Of a stretch of 64,000 nt of DNA, positions 63,359 through 64,000 are shown one piece after another. The stretch spans positions 51,026,001-51,090,000 of the forward strand of contig NC_043004.1 in assembly GCF_006345805.1 (NCBI RefSeq), written 5' to 3'. This DNA is from Octopus sinensis (Eukaryota). Position 1 is the stretch's first letter, and every line of letters starts with the position of its first letter. The notes below the pieces were generated by a model. That model was not told where the DNA came from. It saw nothing but the letters and a program-made list of their open reading frames with translations, and searched no databases. Made by a program: the position numbers and the translations under genes.

Positions 63359-64000
63359 TTATTACATATTTGACTTTTGCTTTATATTTGTACAAGTTGG
63401 CTCCAAGTCTCACCCAGAGACCTCAAGAGACAACAGGTTGGAAGTTCACGTTGTTGTTATACCTTGTGTGCCATATATTTGGTTGTTTTTCTGTTTTACT
63501 AGTGGATCTCTAAAAAAAAATGTTTGTTTTAAACCTTGAGATTACATAGAAAGTACTTTGCGTAGGGTATGAGTAGTTCCCATGAGCACTACCTTTTGAA
63601 TTTCTGCCATTTTTGGGTTTCCTGTTAGGTAGCAATCAGCCCCTTTTGCTATCATTCCCAGGGCACCTATGACAACAGGTATTGTTTTAGTCTTCAGGTT
63701 CCACAGTTTGCTGATTTCTATTTCAAGATCTTTATATTTGCTCAGTTTTTGGTAGGTCTTGACAGATACGTTTATATCGATTGGGACAGTCATATCAATG
63801 AGGAGGCATGTTCTTTGTTTGAAGTCTTTCAATATGGTGTCTGGCCTATTTGCATCTATCTTTCTGTCAGTTTGAATGGTGAAGTTCCAGAGGAGTGAGA
63901 TGTGGTCATTTTCAAGCACTGGGGGTGGTTTGTGTTCCCACCAGTTTTTTTCATGGGGAAAATCCAGGTTTTTGCAGATTACCCAGTGAATATATTGTGC
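63359..64000 (-). pseudogene. 3' end of R4/Dong-like LINE (restriction-like endonuclease)
   Basis: LLWNFTIQTDRKIDANRPDTILKD..CLLIDMTVP..KLSKYKDLEIEI..IPVVIGALG; (AAT)n tail adjoining the CAT array. Confidence 0.9.

Noticed and set aside
60321-63513. Long poly-His/Ser/Ile/Met/Asp ORFs (up to 622 aa)
   Set aside because: They are open in several frames on both strands only because the triplet array lacks stop codons; frame slips are frequent and there is no non-repetitive domain.

Overview
This is an AT-rich, microsatellite-dense animal intergenic or intronic window. The SINE and repeat landscape points to an octopus/cephalopod genome (inference). No host protein-coding exon could be identified, and almost all listed ORFs are microsatellite or SINE artefacts. 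The window is a mosaic of mobile elements: tRNA-derived SINEs; Tc1, mariner, pogo/Tigger, hAT and piggyBac remnants; non-autonomous Helitrons; R4/Dong-like and HERO-like LINE fragments; Penelope-like elements (PLEs, Naiad-type); and one near-intact Merlin (ISXO2-like) transposon. The dominant unexplained signal is RNA-level. More than 25 hammerhead-ribozyme (HHR) motifs can be folded by eye, including a ~600-bp retrozyme-like array and families with non-canonical cores. The most striking result is that three sequence-unrelated repeat families carry a complete hammerhead whose three core strands occur in reversed cyclic order (III'-NUH-I' / II'-GAAA-III / I-CUGANGA-II). One family shows a compensatory base change in stem I. 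This topology fits none of HHR types I, II or III and implies a pseudoknotted or obligate-dimer ribozyme. All RNA folds were done manually and none has been tested.
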